A stretch of DNA of 64,000 nucleotides, taken from Clostridia bacterium (GTDB lineage: Bacteria; Bacillota; Clostridia; UMGS1883). Shown here piece after piece: positions 38,261 through 49,291 of the stretch. Position numbers and translations under genes: made by a program. The stretch's first letter is position 1. Each line of letters begins with the position of its first letter. Location of the stretch: the NCBI GenBank assembly GCA_045651805.1, contig JAZRTB010000026.1, positions 283 through 64,282 of the forward strand, read 5' to 3'. The notes below the pieces were generated by a model that saw only the letters and a list, made by a program, of their open reading frames with translations, was not told where the DNA came from and made no database searches.

Positions 38261-39082
38261 TTATTCTGTTTTTTCTTCCGTACTTTCTTCAGTTTCAGGC
38301 GGGGTATATATAACCTGGTCTCTTTCCCCTACACGGGCAAGGTCAATATTTCCTGTCGGAATGAGTCCGTCACCATCTTCAACAAGCTGATTGAAGATTT
38401 TACCGAAGGACTCCATTTTATAGCCGAGATCCTCTTCCGACCCCAACGTGACACTCAATTCACGAAGCATATAGTAGAATTTGATATTATTAAGATTCGA
38501 CATATCTATTTCCACCATATTGAACACATAGTTCTGCTTTGTAAATTCGTGCAGACATTTAAAAAGTGTTTCAAGCTGCAGAGAATTTTCGGATTTTATA
38601 ACCTCACCTATTTTGTAGGTCACATCATCAAGTCCCGTTACTATGGGAAGCTTCGGCACTTCTGCCGTCTTACTGTCGCCACCCGTAACATCAATACATC
38701 TTCCGTCGGCGGTAATTATAACAAAGCCCTTATCCGCCTTTATACAAGCAACACCGACCTCTTCCACTATTGTAATTTCAACAGTTGAAGGAAGACGACG
38801 TTTTATTTTTACACTTTCAACGGAACCCATTGAAAGGATGTTTTCTTTTGCTTTGCTTTCACTGAAGTCAAAGATATTAATGCCAAGTTTTATTCCCGAA
38901 GCCGCAATAATATCTTCATCCTTAAGTGCACCGTTTCCGTAAACCTTTATTTCTTTTATATTAAATCCGGGGGTTAACAGCATTATTCCTATAATCGAAA
39001 GCACCATCAGTATAACTGTTACTATCGCAAGGCGCTTTCTTCTTTTATTTTTGCGCACTATAGGTTTCTTTTCTTTTTCCAC
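38261..39082 (-). CDS. ftsQ: cell division protein FtsQ/DivIB (POTRA)
   Basis: 273 aa with a basic N-terminus, one TM segment and a POTRA-like region (IKEIKVYGN). Positioned between murA and ftsZ. Confidence 0.8.
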   Translation of the reverse strand: MEKEKKPIVRKNKRRKRLAIVTVILMVLSIIGIMLLTPGFNIKEIKVYGNGALKDEDIIAASGIKLGINIFDFSESKAKENILSMGSVESVKIKRRLPSTVEITIVEEVGVACIKADKGFVIITADGRCIDVTGGDSKTAEVPKLPIVTGLDDVTYKIGEVIKSENSLQLETLFKCLHEFTKQNYVFNMVEIDMSNLNNIKFYYMLRELSVTLGSEEDLGYKMESFGKIFNQLVEDGDGLIPTGNIDLARVGERDQVIYTPPETEESTEEKTE

Positions 39083-39095
39083 TGCTCCCCCTCCT

Positions 39096-40343
39096 TCAGA
39101 TTTTTATAATATCAGCACCAAGCTCCCGAAGCATTTTGTCAAGATGCACATAACCTCTCTCTATATAATGCACACCCTCAAGTACACTTTCACCGTCAGC
39201 ACCAAGAGCCGCAACCGAAAGTGCCGCACCACCGCGAAGATCCATAGCACGGATATGTGCCCCTGACAGTTTTGTTCCTTTTATTATGGCGACTCTGCCG
39301 TCCTGCAATATGTCCGCGCCCATTTTCTTAAGCTCCGGAATAATTTTATATCTGCTGTCAAAAATATTTTCAACAATAACACTCGTTCCCTCACCGAAGC
39401 AAAGTGCCGCCATAAGAGGCGACTGTGCATCCGTTGGAAAACCTGGATATACCTGAGTTTTTATCATATCAATGCTTTTTATTCTCTCGGGTGCTCTTAT
39501 ATACATTTTATCTTTGAAAAACTCTATTCGTGCACCGCTTTCCCTTAAAACCGCAACAATTGCACCAAGATGAGAACTCCGCACGTTAAGAATCTCAATT
39601 TCGCTTCCCGTGGTCATTGCCGCACACATAAGGGTTGATGCTACAATTCTGTCCGGCATCACCTTATACTCTGCACCCTTAAGATGAGCAACACCATTAA
39701 TTTTTATGCACTCTGTTCCCGCGCCTTTGATATCTGCCCCCATTTTATTGAGGAAATCGCACATATCCGTTATTTCAGGCTCTTTCGCCGCGTTTGAAAT
39801 CACGGTTTCACCCTTAAGCTTTACGCAGGAAAGGATAATATTTTCCGTTGCACCCACGCTCGGAAAGCTCAAGTGAATTTCCGCAGGATGCATTCTATCA
39901 CATTTTACTTCTATAAAGCCGTTTTCTTCTTTTACATCTGCACCAAGCTCCTTCAAAGCTTTAAGGTGCAAATCAATAGGTCTGTTCCCAAGTTCACAAC
40001 CACCGGGAGCACAGAGCCGAGCTCTGCCCATTTTTCCTGCAAGTGCACCAAGAAAAATAATTGAACTGCGCATTTCACGCATGAGTTCTTCGGGAATTTC
40101 CCAGTTGTTTATTCCCGAGGAATCAACCGTAAGAACTCCGTCGTCAAGAGATGCACTGCAACCGATGGTCTTAAGAATATTGACAGTATGATGCACATCA
40201 CTCAGGTCGGGGCAATCGTATATACTGCACTTGTCACCGCACAAAATCGTAGCCGCCATAATAGGAAGCACCGCATTTTTTGCTCCGTGAATTCTGAGTC
40301 TTCCCCCGAGCTTTTTACCGCCGTTTATTATGTATTTATCCAA
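39096..40343 (-). CDS. murA: UDP-N-acetylglucosamine 1-carboxyvinyltransferase
   Basis: 415 aa with the active-site Cys context LCAPGGCELGNRPIDLH. Confidence 0.93.
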   Translation of the reverse strand: MDKYIINGGKKLGGRLRIHGAKNAVLPIMAATILCGDKCSIYDCPDLSDVHHTVNILKTIGCSASLDDGVLTVDSSGINNWEIPEELMREMRSSIIFLGALAGKMGRARLCAPGGCELGNRPIDLHLKALKELGADVKEENGFIEVKCDRMHPAEIHLSFPSVGATENIILSCVKLKGETVISNAAKEPEITDMCDFLNKMGADIKGAGTECIKINGVAHLKGAEYKVMPDRIVASTLMCAAMTTGSEIEILNVRSSHLGAIVAVLRESGARIEFFKDKMYIRAPERIKSIDMIKTQVYPGFPTDAQSPLMAALCFGEGTSVIVENIFDSRYKIIPELKKMGADILQDGRVAIIKGTKLSGAHIRAMDLRGGAALSVAALGADGESVLEGVHYIERGYVHLDKMLRELGADIIKI

Positions 40344-40423
40344 ATACTACACCCCCAAAAGATAATACGAAGCAAATCCGCCTGCTATCATACTATGTCT
40401 TTTGAAGGCAATAGGTGATTATA

Positions 40424-41524
40424 CTACACTAAATTTTTAACACATTTATATATGGTTTCACACGCATCGGTAATACCGATTGCTTTGGAAGATTCCTGCA
40501 TCTTTTTAAGTGCAGGCTTATCCTTGATAATGCTGTTTATTTCTTCCGCAAGTTTTTCTCCCGAAAGTTCACGTTCTAAAACAACCTTTGCTGCACCGTT
40601 TTTTTCAAGATAACGGGCGTTATATTCCTGATGGTTATGTGCTACATAAGGACTTGGGATAAGCACCGCAGCTTTACCCATAGCAGTAATTTCACTTACT
40701 GTTATAGCACCTGCTCTTCCCACCACAAGGTCAGAAGCGCCAAAAATTTCTTCCATATTGTATATGTAAGGAACAACCTTTACATTTTTGATTTTATCAA
40801 GGTTAACACCATTTTCCGCAAGTCGTTTTACAATACTTTCGTAATGCTTCTCCCCCGTTGCCGCAATAAGGTTACACTCCTTAACAGTATCCTGTGAAAG
40901 CATATCTACAAGTGCATCGTTCATTTTTTCCGCACCGAGAGAGCCTCCGAACATAAGCGCAATAGGCTTCAGGTCAAAGCCGTACTCTGCCCTTACAACA
41001 TCGCTGTCGTGCTCGTGAAGCAAATCAGGTCGCAGAGGATTTCCCGTAAGCACCATATTCTTCGCTTTCATCATTGTGCGTGTTTCTTCAAAACTGATTG
41101 CCGTCACATCGGCTTTCCCTGCAAGCATTTTTATGGCAAGCCCGGGGAAAACATTCTGCTCGTGAATCAGGGTAGGGATTTTTTTACTGTTTGCCGCCTT
41201 CACAACGGGAGCGCAAACATATCCCCCCGTACCGATAACCACATCGGGACGGAATTCCTTTATAATACGCGCTGAATCGCGTGTGCTTTTTATATAGTTA
41301 TACAATACTTTTATATTTTCAAGGCTGAGACTTCTTTTAAGTCCCATTACCTCAATAAACTTAATTTCATAGCCACATCTGGGAACAAGATTTTTTTCAA
41401 GACCATGTTGTGTTCCTACAAACAGGAACTCGCTGTCCGGCTCTTTTTCCTTTATATAATTTGCAATGGCAATTGCAGGATTTATATGCCCTGCAGTTCC
41501 TCCGCCTGTAAGTAAAACGCGCAT
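40424..41524 (-). CDS. murG: undecaprenyldiphospho-muramoylpentapeptide beta-N-acetylglucosaminyltransferase
   Basis: Start at MRVLLTGGGTAGHINPA behind a GAGGT RBS. The longer ORF-track start would overlap ftsW. Confidence 0.92.
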   Translation of the reverse strand: MRVLLTGGGTAGHINPAIAIANYIKEKEPDSEFLFVGTQHGLEKNLVPRCGYEIKFIEVMGLKRSLSLENIKVLYNYIKSTRDSARIIKEFRPDVVIGTGGYVCAPVVKAANSKKIPTLIHEQNVFPGLAIKMLAGKADVTAISFEETRTMMKAKNMVLTGNPLRPDLLHEHDSDVVRAEYGFDLKPIALMFGGSLGAEKMNDALVDMLSQDTVKECNLIAATGEKHYESIVKRLAENGVNLDKIKNVKVVPYIYNMEEIFGASDLVVGRAGAITVSEITAMGKAAVLIPSPYVAHNHQEYNARYLEKNGAAKVVLERELSGEKLAEEINSIIKDKPALKKMQESSKAIGITDACETIYKCVKNLV

Positions 41525-41537
41525 AACTTTTACCTCA

Positions 41538-42659
41538 TTACAACTTTTTGATTTTGCTGGTCTTTGAAACATTAAGAAGAATTCCCATACCCGTAAGCAT
41601 CATAATCATCGAAGTACCGCCCGCGCTGAAGAAGGGAAGCTGCATACCTGTAGACGGGAGCACCGAAAGCACCACGCCCACGTTAATAAGCATCTGTATA
41701 CCGATAATTGATGTTATTCCGAATGCCAGATACATACCGAAACGATCCTTGGCATTAAGCGCAATACTCATTCCTCTCCATACAAAGAGAACAAATAATG
41801 CAAGAACGAGGAGACCGCCTATAAATCCAAGCTCCTCACACACAACGGCATAGATGTAATCGTTATGTGCTTCGGGGAGATATCTGTATTTCTGTCTGGA
41901 CTGACCAAGGCCAAGTCCGAAAAGGCCACCTGAACCAACCGCATAAAGAGACTGAATAATCTGCCAGCCTATTCCTCTTTCATAAGCAAAAGGATCAAAA
42001 AGAGCCTTGAATCGGTCAAGTCGGTAGCTTTCGAAAATACCGAAATACAGAACAACGGCAGCACCTGCTATACCAATGCCGACAATATATTTCATCGGAA
42101 GTCCTGCAACAATCATTATCATAACGCTGATTGCCGCAAGCACGACCATTGCCGACAAATGTCTCTGAAGCAGACAAGTGGCAAGAAATGCACCAAGTAT
42201 TCCGATAGAAATCCAGAGATTTTTCTTATCGTTAACAAGGTCTGATGTTTTTTTATCGCTGAATCTTGCTGAATAATAAATAACAAGAGCAAATTTCGCA
42301 ACCTCCGAAGGTTGGAAACTGATAGGTCCGAGAGAAATCTGTCTCGTCGCACCATGGGATGCAAAGCCGAATATCGGCACAAGGAACATGGCAACAAAAG
42401 CTACACCGATAATCGGAAATGCAAGTTTTCTCAATTGTTTATAATCAAATCGTGAAGCAATGTACATACCGACACACCCAACCAGGGAAATTGCACCCTG
42501 TTTCAGTATAATCGAATAGACATTACCCTCAAGAAGTGCACTCGGTGCACTTGCCGAGAAAAGCATTACAAGTCCAAATAAAAGAAGGCATAAAATTATA
42601 GCAAGAAGTATGAAATCCACCTGTCCGGAAGTTGACGGTGCTTTACTTTTTTCTTCCAT
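41538..42659 (-). CDS. ftsW: SEDS-family peptidoglycan glycosyltransferase FtsW/SpoVE
   Basis: 373 aa, about 10 TM segments, with SEDS motifs (LPEAHNDYIYA, QLPFFSAGGTS). Confidence 0.9.
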   Translation of the reverse strand: MEEKSKAPSTSGQVDFILLAIILCLLLFGLVMLFSASAPSALLEGNVYSIILKQGAISLVGCVGMYIASRFDYKQLRKLAFPIIGVAFVAMFLVPIFGFASHGATRQISLGPISFQPSEVAKFALVIYYSARFSDKKTSDLVNDKKNLWISIGILGAFLATCLLQRHLSAMVVLAAISVMIMIVAGLPMKYIVGIGIAGAAVVLYFGIFESYRLDRFKALFDPFAYERGIGWQIIQSLYAVGSGGLFGLGLGQSRQKYRYLPEAHNDYIYAVVCEELGFIGGLLVLALFVLFVWRGMSIALNAKDRFGMYLAFGITSIIGIQMLINVGVVLSVLPSTGMQLPFFSAGGTSMIMMLTGMGILLNVSKTSKIKKL

Positions 42660-42682
42660 ATTATTATACCTCCTTCAGAATT

Positions 42683-43624
42683 TTATAAAAGTGCGAGATA
42701 CCCGATTGCACAAAGCACGAATGTAATCATACAGAAAAGTGCCACAACCTTCGTCTCTTTCCACCCGCACATTTCAAAGTGATGATGAACGGGTGCCATT
42801 TTGAACACACGTTTTTTTGTTTTCTTGTAAACGCTTACCTGAATTATTACGCTCAACGCTTCAAACAAGAACACAAACGCGCATATTATTATAAAAATTT
42901 CAAGTCCTGCACTTATGGCAGCTGCCGCAATCGCTCCGCCTATGAAAAGACTGCCCGTGTCACCCATAAACACTTTTGCAGGATGCGCATTGTAGATGAG
43001 GAAACCAAGAAGTCCACCCACAAGTGCACCTGACACAACGCTTGCACTATTAGCTCCAAGCATTGCCGTTGCTACTGCAAAAAACAATGCTACGATAGAG
43101 CCTACACCCGATGCAAGACCGTCAAGTCCGTCTGTGAGATTTGCACTGTTTGTAGTAGCAAGCAGTACAAGCATTACAAACGGAATGTAGAAAATGCCAA
43201 GGTCAAGGTTTATATCCGTAAAAGGAATTCTTGTTGCAGTCTGGTCAAAATTAAAGAAAAGGAAAAGAGCATAACCAAGACTTACTACCGTCTGTGCAAG
43301 AAACTTCTGACCTGCGGAAAACCCTTTATTTCTCTTTTTTACAACCTTTATATAGTCATCCACGAAACCAATTACGCCGAACAGAACAGCACAAAGAACT
43401 ATTCCGCCTCCACGTATATCACGGATAAAAATCAGAGACGCAACAACTGTTGACAGTATAAATCCCATACCGCCCATAGTGGGTGTTCCCTGCTTCTTTT
43501 CGTGCCATGTCGGGCCGTCTTCAAGAATTGTCTGCCCGAACTTGAGCTTTCTGAGAAACGGTATCAATAAAGGAACTGTCACCGCTGCTATTATAAAGCT
43601 TACTATACATGCGCTTATCCACAT
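42683..43624 (-). CDS. mraY: phospho-N-acetylmuramoyl-pentapeptide transferase
   Basis: 313 aa with NLTDGLDGLA, MGDTGSLFIGG and APVHHHFE motifs. Confidence 0.95.
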   Translation of the reverse strand: MWISACIVSFIIAAVTVPLLIPFLRKLKFGQTILEDGPTWHEKKQGTPTMGGMGFILSTVVASLIFIRDIRGGGIVLCAVLFGVIGFVDDYIKVVKKRNKGFSAGQKFLAQTVVSLGYALFLFFNFDQTATRIPFTDINLDLGIFYIPFVMLVLLATTNSANLTDGLDGLASGVGSIVALFFAVATAMLGANSASVVSGALVGGLLGFLIYNAHPAKVFMGDTGSLFIGGAIAAAAISAGLEIFIIICAFVFLFEALSVIIQVSVYKKTKKRVFKMAPVHHHFEMCGWKETKVVALFCMITFVLCAIGYLALL

Positions 43625-43640
43625 AGTTTACCATTACCTT

Positions 43641-45077
43641 TCACTTGCTCATAGAGGCAAGTATATCTTTTACAACCACTCTCTCATCAAAGTCATGCTT
43701 TATGTGTTCAATTTCCTGATAAGTTTCATGACCTTTACCCGCAAGAATGATTATGTCATCTTTCTGTGCAATTTCCATTGCATAACGGATTGCTTCTTTT
43801 CTGTTTTCCACAACGACGTGATTATCCTTCTTCATTCCCGCTAAAATATCAGCAATGATGTCGGAAGGAACCTCGCATCTGGGATTGTCGCTTGTAACAA
43901 CTGCTATATCAGATAAATCCTCTGCAATTTTGCCCATTTTGGGGCGTTTGCTGCTGTCACGGTTTCCGCCGCAACCAAACACGGTGATTACTCTGCCTTT
44001 TGCAAAGTCGCGTACTGCAGAAATAATATTTTCAAGACCGTCGGGAGTGTGTGCATAGTCAATAATCACAGTATATGGAGTGTGAGTATGCACAACTTCA
44101 ATTCTTCCCTTTACCGATTTTGCAAGGACAAGTCCATTCTCGATATCCACAATATCAATTCCGATATTAAGGCATACACAAATCGCACCAAGTGCATTGT
44201 ACACAGAGAATTTTCCGGGAATTCCGAGACGCATTTCACGCTCTTCTCCGTTACGGGTAATAGTGAAAATTACACCGCGTTCACTCATGCGAAGGTTCTT
44301 GGCAACAATGTTCGCCTTTTTTTCTATTGAATACGTGGTTACTTTACCTGCCGCCTTACTTACAATTGTTTTTGCATATTTATCATCGGCATTTACAGCA
44401 CCTGTTTTACTCATTTCAAAAAGCTTTGCCTTGGCATTTGCATAATTTTCCATGGTTTTATGGAAATCAAGATGATCCTGAGTAATATTGGTAAGAAGAG
44501 CTGTTTCAAAAGTCACACCATAAACTCTGTCAAGTTCAAGAGAATGGCTTGAAACCTCCATAACAACATACTCGCCACCACTCTCGGCTATTTTATTGAA
44601 AATTTCAAAAAGGTCGAGAGATTCCGGTGTTGTACGACTGCTTTCTGTTATTTCGTTGCCGATAATAATCTGATTCGTTCCGATAAGGTCACATCTTATG
44701 CCCTTGAGCATAAGTATCTGCCTGATAAGGTATGTCGTAGTGGTTTTACCGTTAGTACCTGTTATACCTATTATTTTAAGTCTGTTCTGCGGATTACCGT
44801 AATATTCAGCTGCACATACTGCCAGAGCTTTTCTTGAATCGTTTACCTTCACATAAGGACAACCGCATTCAACATCATCTTCTCCGAGAACTGCCGCCGC
44901 ACCGTTTTCAACAGCACCGGCTATATACTTATGCCCGTCAGTTTCAAAGCCTTTGATAGCTACAAACAGATATCCCGGTTTTACTTTCCTGGAGTCATAA
45001 GCTATTCCTGTTATTTCAACGTCTGTATTTCCGAAATTCTCGACTGTAAGACTATGTACAAGATCTGTCAGTTTCAT
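43641..45077 (-). CDS. murE: UDP-N-acetylmuramoyl-L-alanyl-D-glutamate--2,6-diaminopimelate ligase
   Basis: 478 aa with GITGTNGKTTT and the DAP-specificity DNPR motif (VTSDNPRCE). Confidence 0.92.
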   Translation of the reverse strand: MKLTDLVHSLTVENFGNTDVEITGIAYDSRKVKPGYLFVAIKGFETDGHKYIAGAVENGAAAVLGEDDVECGCPYVKVNDSRKALAVCAAEYYGNPQNRLKIIGITGTNGKTTTTYLIRQILMLKGIRCDLIGTNQIIIGNEITESSRTTPESLDLFEIFNKIAESGGEYVVMEVSSHSLELDRVYGVTFETALLTNITQDHLDFHKTMENYANAKAKLFEMSKTGAVNADDKYAKTIVSKAAGKVTTYSIEKKANIVAKNLRMSERGVIFTITRNGEEREMRLGIPGKFSVYNALGAICVCLNIGIDIVDIENGLVLAKSVKGRIEVVHTHTPYTVIIDYAHTPDGLENIISAVRDFAKGRVITVFGCGGNRDSSKRPKMGKIAEDLSDIAVVTSDNPRCEVPSDIIADILAGMKKDNHVVVENRKEAIRYAMEIAQKDDIIILAGKGHETYQEIEHIKHDFDERVVVKDILASMSK

Positions 45078-45112
45078 TGTGCACCTCCATTAATTGTCAT
45101 TAATATATTACG

Positions 45113-47308
45113 CTAATCCGCTTCCCGCGCAGCAAACTTAACGTATACCGTCGTTCCCGAGGCAACCATTCCGCCTGCTTGCGGGCTTTGCGTGACTGCA
45201 ATATGTTCTGCAGGGGGCGAAGTTCCCGACTGGGGAGAGTCAACCTTCAATATCAACCCTGCACTTTCCATTGCCCTTATGGCGTTATTGTATGTCATAC
45301 CGACTACAGAAGGAACTTTTGTTGTATCTTCTTCGCTTTCCTCCTGAGTATATGCAATAACAACCGAGCCCTTGTGAAGCTTTGTTCCCGCTTCGGGGAT
45401 CTGTGTAGTAACGGTTCCACCGCTACCCTTGATGTTGATTGAAAGACCTAATGCCTGAAGCTTATCTGTAGCCTTCTGAATGCTGAGGCCTGTAATATTG
45501 GGAACAGAAACAGAGATTTCCTGCTCGGTTTCCTCTGTATACTGGGGATCAACGCCAAGATAAGGAAGGATATCTTCCATAATTCTGCCTACTGCAGGTG
45601 CCGCAATAGCACCACCGCCCGTTGCTCCCGCATTGGGTTCATCAAGAAGAAGCAAGCATACTACCTGCGGATTATCAGCAGGAGCAAAACCTACGAATGA
45701 TGCAATGTATTTTCCGCTTCCTCGGGGAAGCTTTTCACTCGTACCAGTTTTTCCGCCAATTCGGAATCCGCTTACATACGCACCTTTACCTGTACCTTCG
45801 GAAACAACTCTTTCAAGAACTTCTCTCATCTGCTCACTTGTTTCCTCGGATATTACGTTGCGTACAATTTCGGGCTCAAAGTTTTCAATAATATTACCAT
45901 TTGAATCAGTATAAGCCTTTACAATAGTGGGTTTCATCAGATTTCCACCGTTTACCACGGCAGATACTGCACTTATCATCTGAAGAGGCGTAACCGTAAA
46001 GGTCTGACCAAAGGATGAAGTTGCAAGCTCTACAGGGCCGAGCGAGCTATGGAACGAACCTGATGACTCACCGGGGATGGTAAATCCCGTCTTTTCTGTA
46101 AGTCCGAAAGCTTTGAAATATTTTGTAAATTCGCCGGTTCCGAGACGTGCACCCAGTTCCATAAACACAGGGTTACAGGAATTCATTACACCCTGTGTAA
46201 AGGTTTCCTCACCGTGACCTTCACGTTTGTGACAGTGAATACTTCTGTTTGCTACCTGACGCACACCGGTACATACAAAACTATCTGACGTTCTTGAAAC
46301 ACCGTTTTCCAGAGCCGCTGCCGCCACAAGAGTTTTAAAGGTAGAACCCGGCTCGTAAGAGTCGATAACGGCTTTGTTACGCCACATTTTCGTAACCGCG
46401 GCACTATAAGCCTCGTTATACTCTTCGTCTGTTTCAAATTCCATAGCCTCAAGCTGATCAAGAAGAAGCTGATCTGTAATAATTCTCGGAGCATTGAGGT
46501 CGTATGTGGGAACAACCGCCATTGCGAGAATCTCACCCGTGTTGGGGTCCATTACGATAGCGGCACCGCCATTGCCGAGAAGGTTTTCTTCATACGCCTG
46601 CTGGAGATGCTTTTCGGTATATCGCTGAATTGTTTCGTCAATAGTAAGAACTACGCCTTTACCGTCCTGTGCAGGAACATAGTTTTCGTATTTGAAGGGC
46701 ATTTCTCTGTTTGCTACGTCTTTCGCCGCAATCATTCGTCCGTCAACGCCGCGAAGCTGTTCGTTAAGAACATTTTCAATACCTTCAAGGCCCTGATTAT
46801 CACTTCCCGTAAAACCTATAACCTGTGCCGCAAGCGAACCGTAAGGATAGTATCTCTTTGAATCCTCTTCAAAGTAAATACCTCTGATATTTTTCTGTCT
46901 GAGGATATCAGCAACGCTTTTTTCAACCTGCTTTGCAATAACAACAGACTGTCTGTCGGTTCTGTTCACTTTTTCTCTTGTGTCTTCCTCGTCAACACCG
47001 AGAACTTCAACAAGTGCCGCAATAACTTCCTCGGCATTCTTACTCTGGGAAATTTCCTGCGGATTCACCGTTACTCTTTCCGCACTCGCACTCTGTGCAA
47101 GAATTTTCATATTTCGGTCATATATTGTACCGCGTTTTGCCGTTATAACGCTGTCGCGGGTCTGTTGCTGAGCCGCAAGGCGCTTATATTTAGCCCCGTC
47201 AATGAACTGAATCCAGAACAATTTAATTACAAGAACGAGAACGCAGACAAGAAAGGCTATCGTCATAAATTTTATTCTTTTTTTTGCCACAACCGGCTTT
47301 TCTGTCAT
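45113..47308 (-). CDS. class B penicillin-binding protein (SpoVD/PBP2B type) with two PASTA domains
   Basis: SxxK (GSTFK), SxN (NSCN) and KTGT (GGKTGTSE) motifs. The C-terminus has PASTA-like repeats. The ATG at 47308 lies behind an AGAGGTG RBS. Confidence 0.9.
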   Translation of the reverse strand: MTEKPVVAKKRIKFMTIAFLVCVLVLVIKLFWIQFIDGAKYKRLAAQQQTRDSVITAKRGTIYDRNMKILAQSASAERVTVNPQEISQSKNAEEVIAALVEVLGVDEEDTREKVNRTDRQSVVIAKQVEKSVADILRQKNIRGIYFEEDSKRYYPYGSLAAQVIGFTGSDNQGLEGIENVLNEQLRGVDGRMIAAKDVANREMPFKYENYVPAQDGKGVVLTIDETIQRYTEKHLQQAYEENLLGNGGAAIVMDPNTGEILAMAVVPTYDLNAPRIITDQLLLDQLEAMEFETDEEYNEAYSAAVTKMWRNKAVIDSYEPGSTFKTLVAAAALENGVSRTSDSFVCTGVRQVANRSIHCHKREGHGEETFTQGVMNSCNPVFMELGARLGTGEFTKYFKAFGLTEKTGFTIPGESSGSFHSSLGPVELATSSFGQTFTVTPLQMISAVSAVVNGGNLMKPTIVKAYTDSNGNIIENFEPEIVRNVISEETSEQMREVLERVVSEGTGKGAYVSGFRIGGKTGTSEKLPRGSGKYIASFVGFAPADNPQVVCLLLLDEPNAGATGGGAIAAPAVGRIMEDILPYLGVDPQYTEETEQEISVSVPNITGLSIQKATDKLQALGLSINIKGSGGTVTTQIPEAGTKLHKGSVVIAYTQEESEEDTTKVPSVVGMTYNNAIRAMESAGLILKVDSPQSGTSPPAEHIAVTQSPQAGGMVASGTTVYVKFAAREAD

Positions 47309-47405
47309 AACGTTCACCTCTCTTTTTCGTCAATTTAAAGCTTTCCATAAAACCACAAAAAGGGATATGGCATATTTCTCTGCAGCCACTTCCCTTTGTA
47401 ATATA

Positions 47406-47903
47406 TTAATATAAGTATTCCAATATGACCGATACACGGTTTATGAATGCACTGAATGCATTAGGTTCTTCTGTTTTCAGCACCTCGCCGTTATCACTAT
47501 TTCCAAGGGAAACATACTTCATCTGGTCTTCCGCAGGTTGCTGTAATCCGAGGCGCGCTGCCTCCTGATCTATTTTTTTAGGGTCCAGATTGCCTTCTGC
47601 AATTACTTGCTTCTCCACCACTTTAGCATTTATAAGTTCAAGCTCCTCACGGGCATCTGTAAGTTCATTGAATTCTTTTGCAATTATTGCATATCTCAAT
47701 ATAACCGTAAATGCAAGTACAAACGCAAGCGCTATGGCACACACAACACGTTTTTTTACAAGCCGTGCGTTAATAGGTTTTTTTATTGAAATAGGAGATT
47801 TTACTTCCCTTTTTGTTGTTTCCGCTGAAGAAACTTCGTCATAGTATTCTTTTTTTAATGCACTTGTTCCATCAGTGTACATCAGGGGACAATCTCCTTT
47901 CAT
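47406..47903 (-). CDS. ftsL: FtsL-like cell division protein
   Basis: 165 aa with a single TM segment then a coiled coil. It sits between rsmH and pbp, with a 4-nt overlap onto the rsmH stop. Confidence 0.65.
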   Translation of the reverse strand: MKGDCPLMYTDGTSALKKEYYDEVSSAETTKREVKSPISIKKPINARLVKKRVVCAIALAFVLAFTVILRYAIIAKEFNELTDAREELELINAKVVEKQVIAEGNLDPKKIDQEAARLGLQQPAEDQMKYVSLGNSDNGEVLKTEEPNAFSAFINRVSVILEYLY

Positions 47904-48823
47904 ATTATTTTTTCAGCAACTCTGAGCTTGCTGCTTCTCGCTCTCGGATTATCTTCGAGCTCCTTTTGTGACGGCAGAAGGGGTTTTCTGCTTACACTCT
48001 TTATAACAGGTACGTTTCCACATACACATACGGGGAAATCCTTGGGGCAGGTACATCCTCTTTCAAGAGACAGAAAAGCATTTTTTATGATTCTGTCTTC
48101 AAGGCTGTGGAATGTTATTACACTCATTCTTCCGCCCTTCTTAAGAAGTTCTACACCGTCACGCACCGCCTGTTCTAAAATGGCAAGCTCGCCGTTTACT
48201 TCAATTCTTATAGCCTGGAAAGTTCTTTTCGCAGGATGAGGGCCGTCTTTTCTTGCCGACAAGGGAATGGCGGCTTTTATTATATCTACAAGTTCAAATG
48301 TTGTTTCTATTTCCTTTTTACTTCTCGCTTCAAGGATAAAGTCCACAATGCGGCTTGCCCAACGCTCTTCACCGTAGGTTGATATTATTCTGAAAAGTTC
48401 CTCGGAAGAATACGTATTTACAACATCCTTCGCCGTAAGACTGTCACGATTGTCCATTCTCATATCAAGGGGTGCATCCTGCATATAGGAAAATCCTCTG
48501 TCCGCATCATCAAGCTGCGGTGATGAAACACCGAGGTCTGCTATGATGCCGTCAAACGCGTCTATCTTAAGCTCACGGGCAATATCCTTAATATTTGAAA
48601 AGTTATTATGTACGGGAATGAAATCCTTTCCCGCGAAGCGTTCTTTCGCATTATTTATGGCGGTAATATCACGGTCAATACCTACAACACATCCGCCACG
48701 TTCAAGGATGAGCGAGGTATGTCCTCCACCACCGAGAGTGAAATCAGCGTACACACCGCCTTTTTTCACATTTATACTGTCTACAGTTTCGTTAAGCAAT
48801 ACGGTTACATGGTTGAATTCCAT
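47900..48823 (-). CDS. rsmH: 16S rRNA (cytosine1402-N4)-methyltransferase
   Basis: [14 protein letters not shown] start behind a GGAGGA RBS, SAM motif [10 protein letters not shown]. The ORF-track start is at 48835. Confidence 0.92.
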   Translation of the reverse strand: MEFNHVTVLLNETVDSINVKKGGVYADFTLGGGGHTSLILERGGCVVGIDRDITAINNAKERFAGKDFIPVHNNFSNIKDIARELKIDAFDGIIADLGVSSPQLDDADRGFSYMQDAPLDMRMDNRDSLTAKDVVNTYSSEELFRIISTYGEERWASRIVDFILEARSKKEIETTFELVDIIKAAIPLSARKDGPHPAKRTFQAIRIEVNGELAILEQAVRDGVELLKKGGRMSVITFHSLEDRIIKNAFLSLERGCTCPKDFPVCVCGNVPVIKSVSRKPLLPSQKELEDNPRARSSKLRVAEKII

Positions 48824-48844
48824 GACTTCCTCCATTGACTATCT

Positions 48845-49279
48845 TTAGAAATTGAATCCTTCAAGAGCCTCTGCCGCATCTTCAAGTGTCATTTCAACAT
48901 CACTCTGTGTATATTCAGCCCAGCGCTGTGCATCCCAGATTTCTGCATGAGAGCCTGCACCGATTATAACGACTTCTTTACTGAGTGCCGCGTATTCACG
49001 GTGAGGAGGTGTGATAAGAACCTTACCCTGTTTATCAGGTTCCGCCTCTGCCGCACCTGAAAGAAATGTTCTCTGCAGGTAACGAGCACTCTTCTGATTA
49101 GACGGAAGACTTGCAATTTTGCTTTCAAACTCTTTCCATCCGTCCATGGTGTACAAAGACAAACATCCGTCAAGACCCTTGGTGATCATGAAATGCTCGC
49201 CAAGCTGTTCACGAAGCTTTGCCGGTATTATAATTCTGCCCTTGGCATCAATATTGTGTGAATACTCACCTACGAACAC
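48845..49279 (-). CDS. mraZ: transcriptional regulator MraZ
   Basis: 144 aa with two SpoVT/AbrB-like halves (DAKGRIIIP, DKQGKVLIT). GTG start 8 nt behind a GGAGG RBS. Confidence 0.92.
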   Translation of the reverse strand: MFVGEYSHNIDAKGRIIIPAKLREQLGEHFMITKGLDGCLSLYTMDGWKEFESKIASLPSNQKSARYLQRTFLSGAAEAEPDKQGKVLITPPHREYAALSKEVVIIGAGSHAEIWDAQRWAEYTQSDVEMTLEDAAEALEGFNF

Positions 49280-49291
49280 TCAAATCACCTC

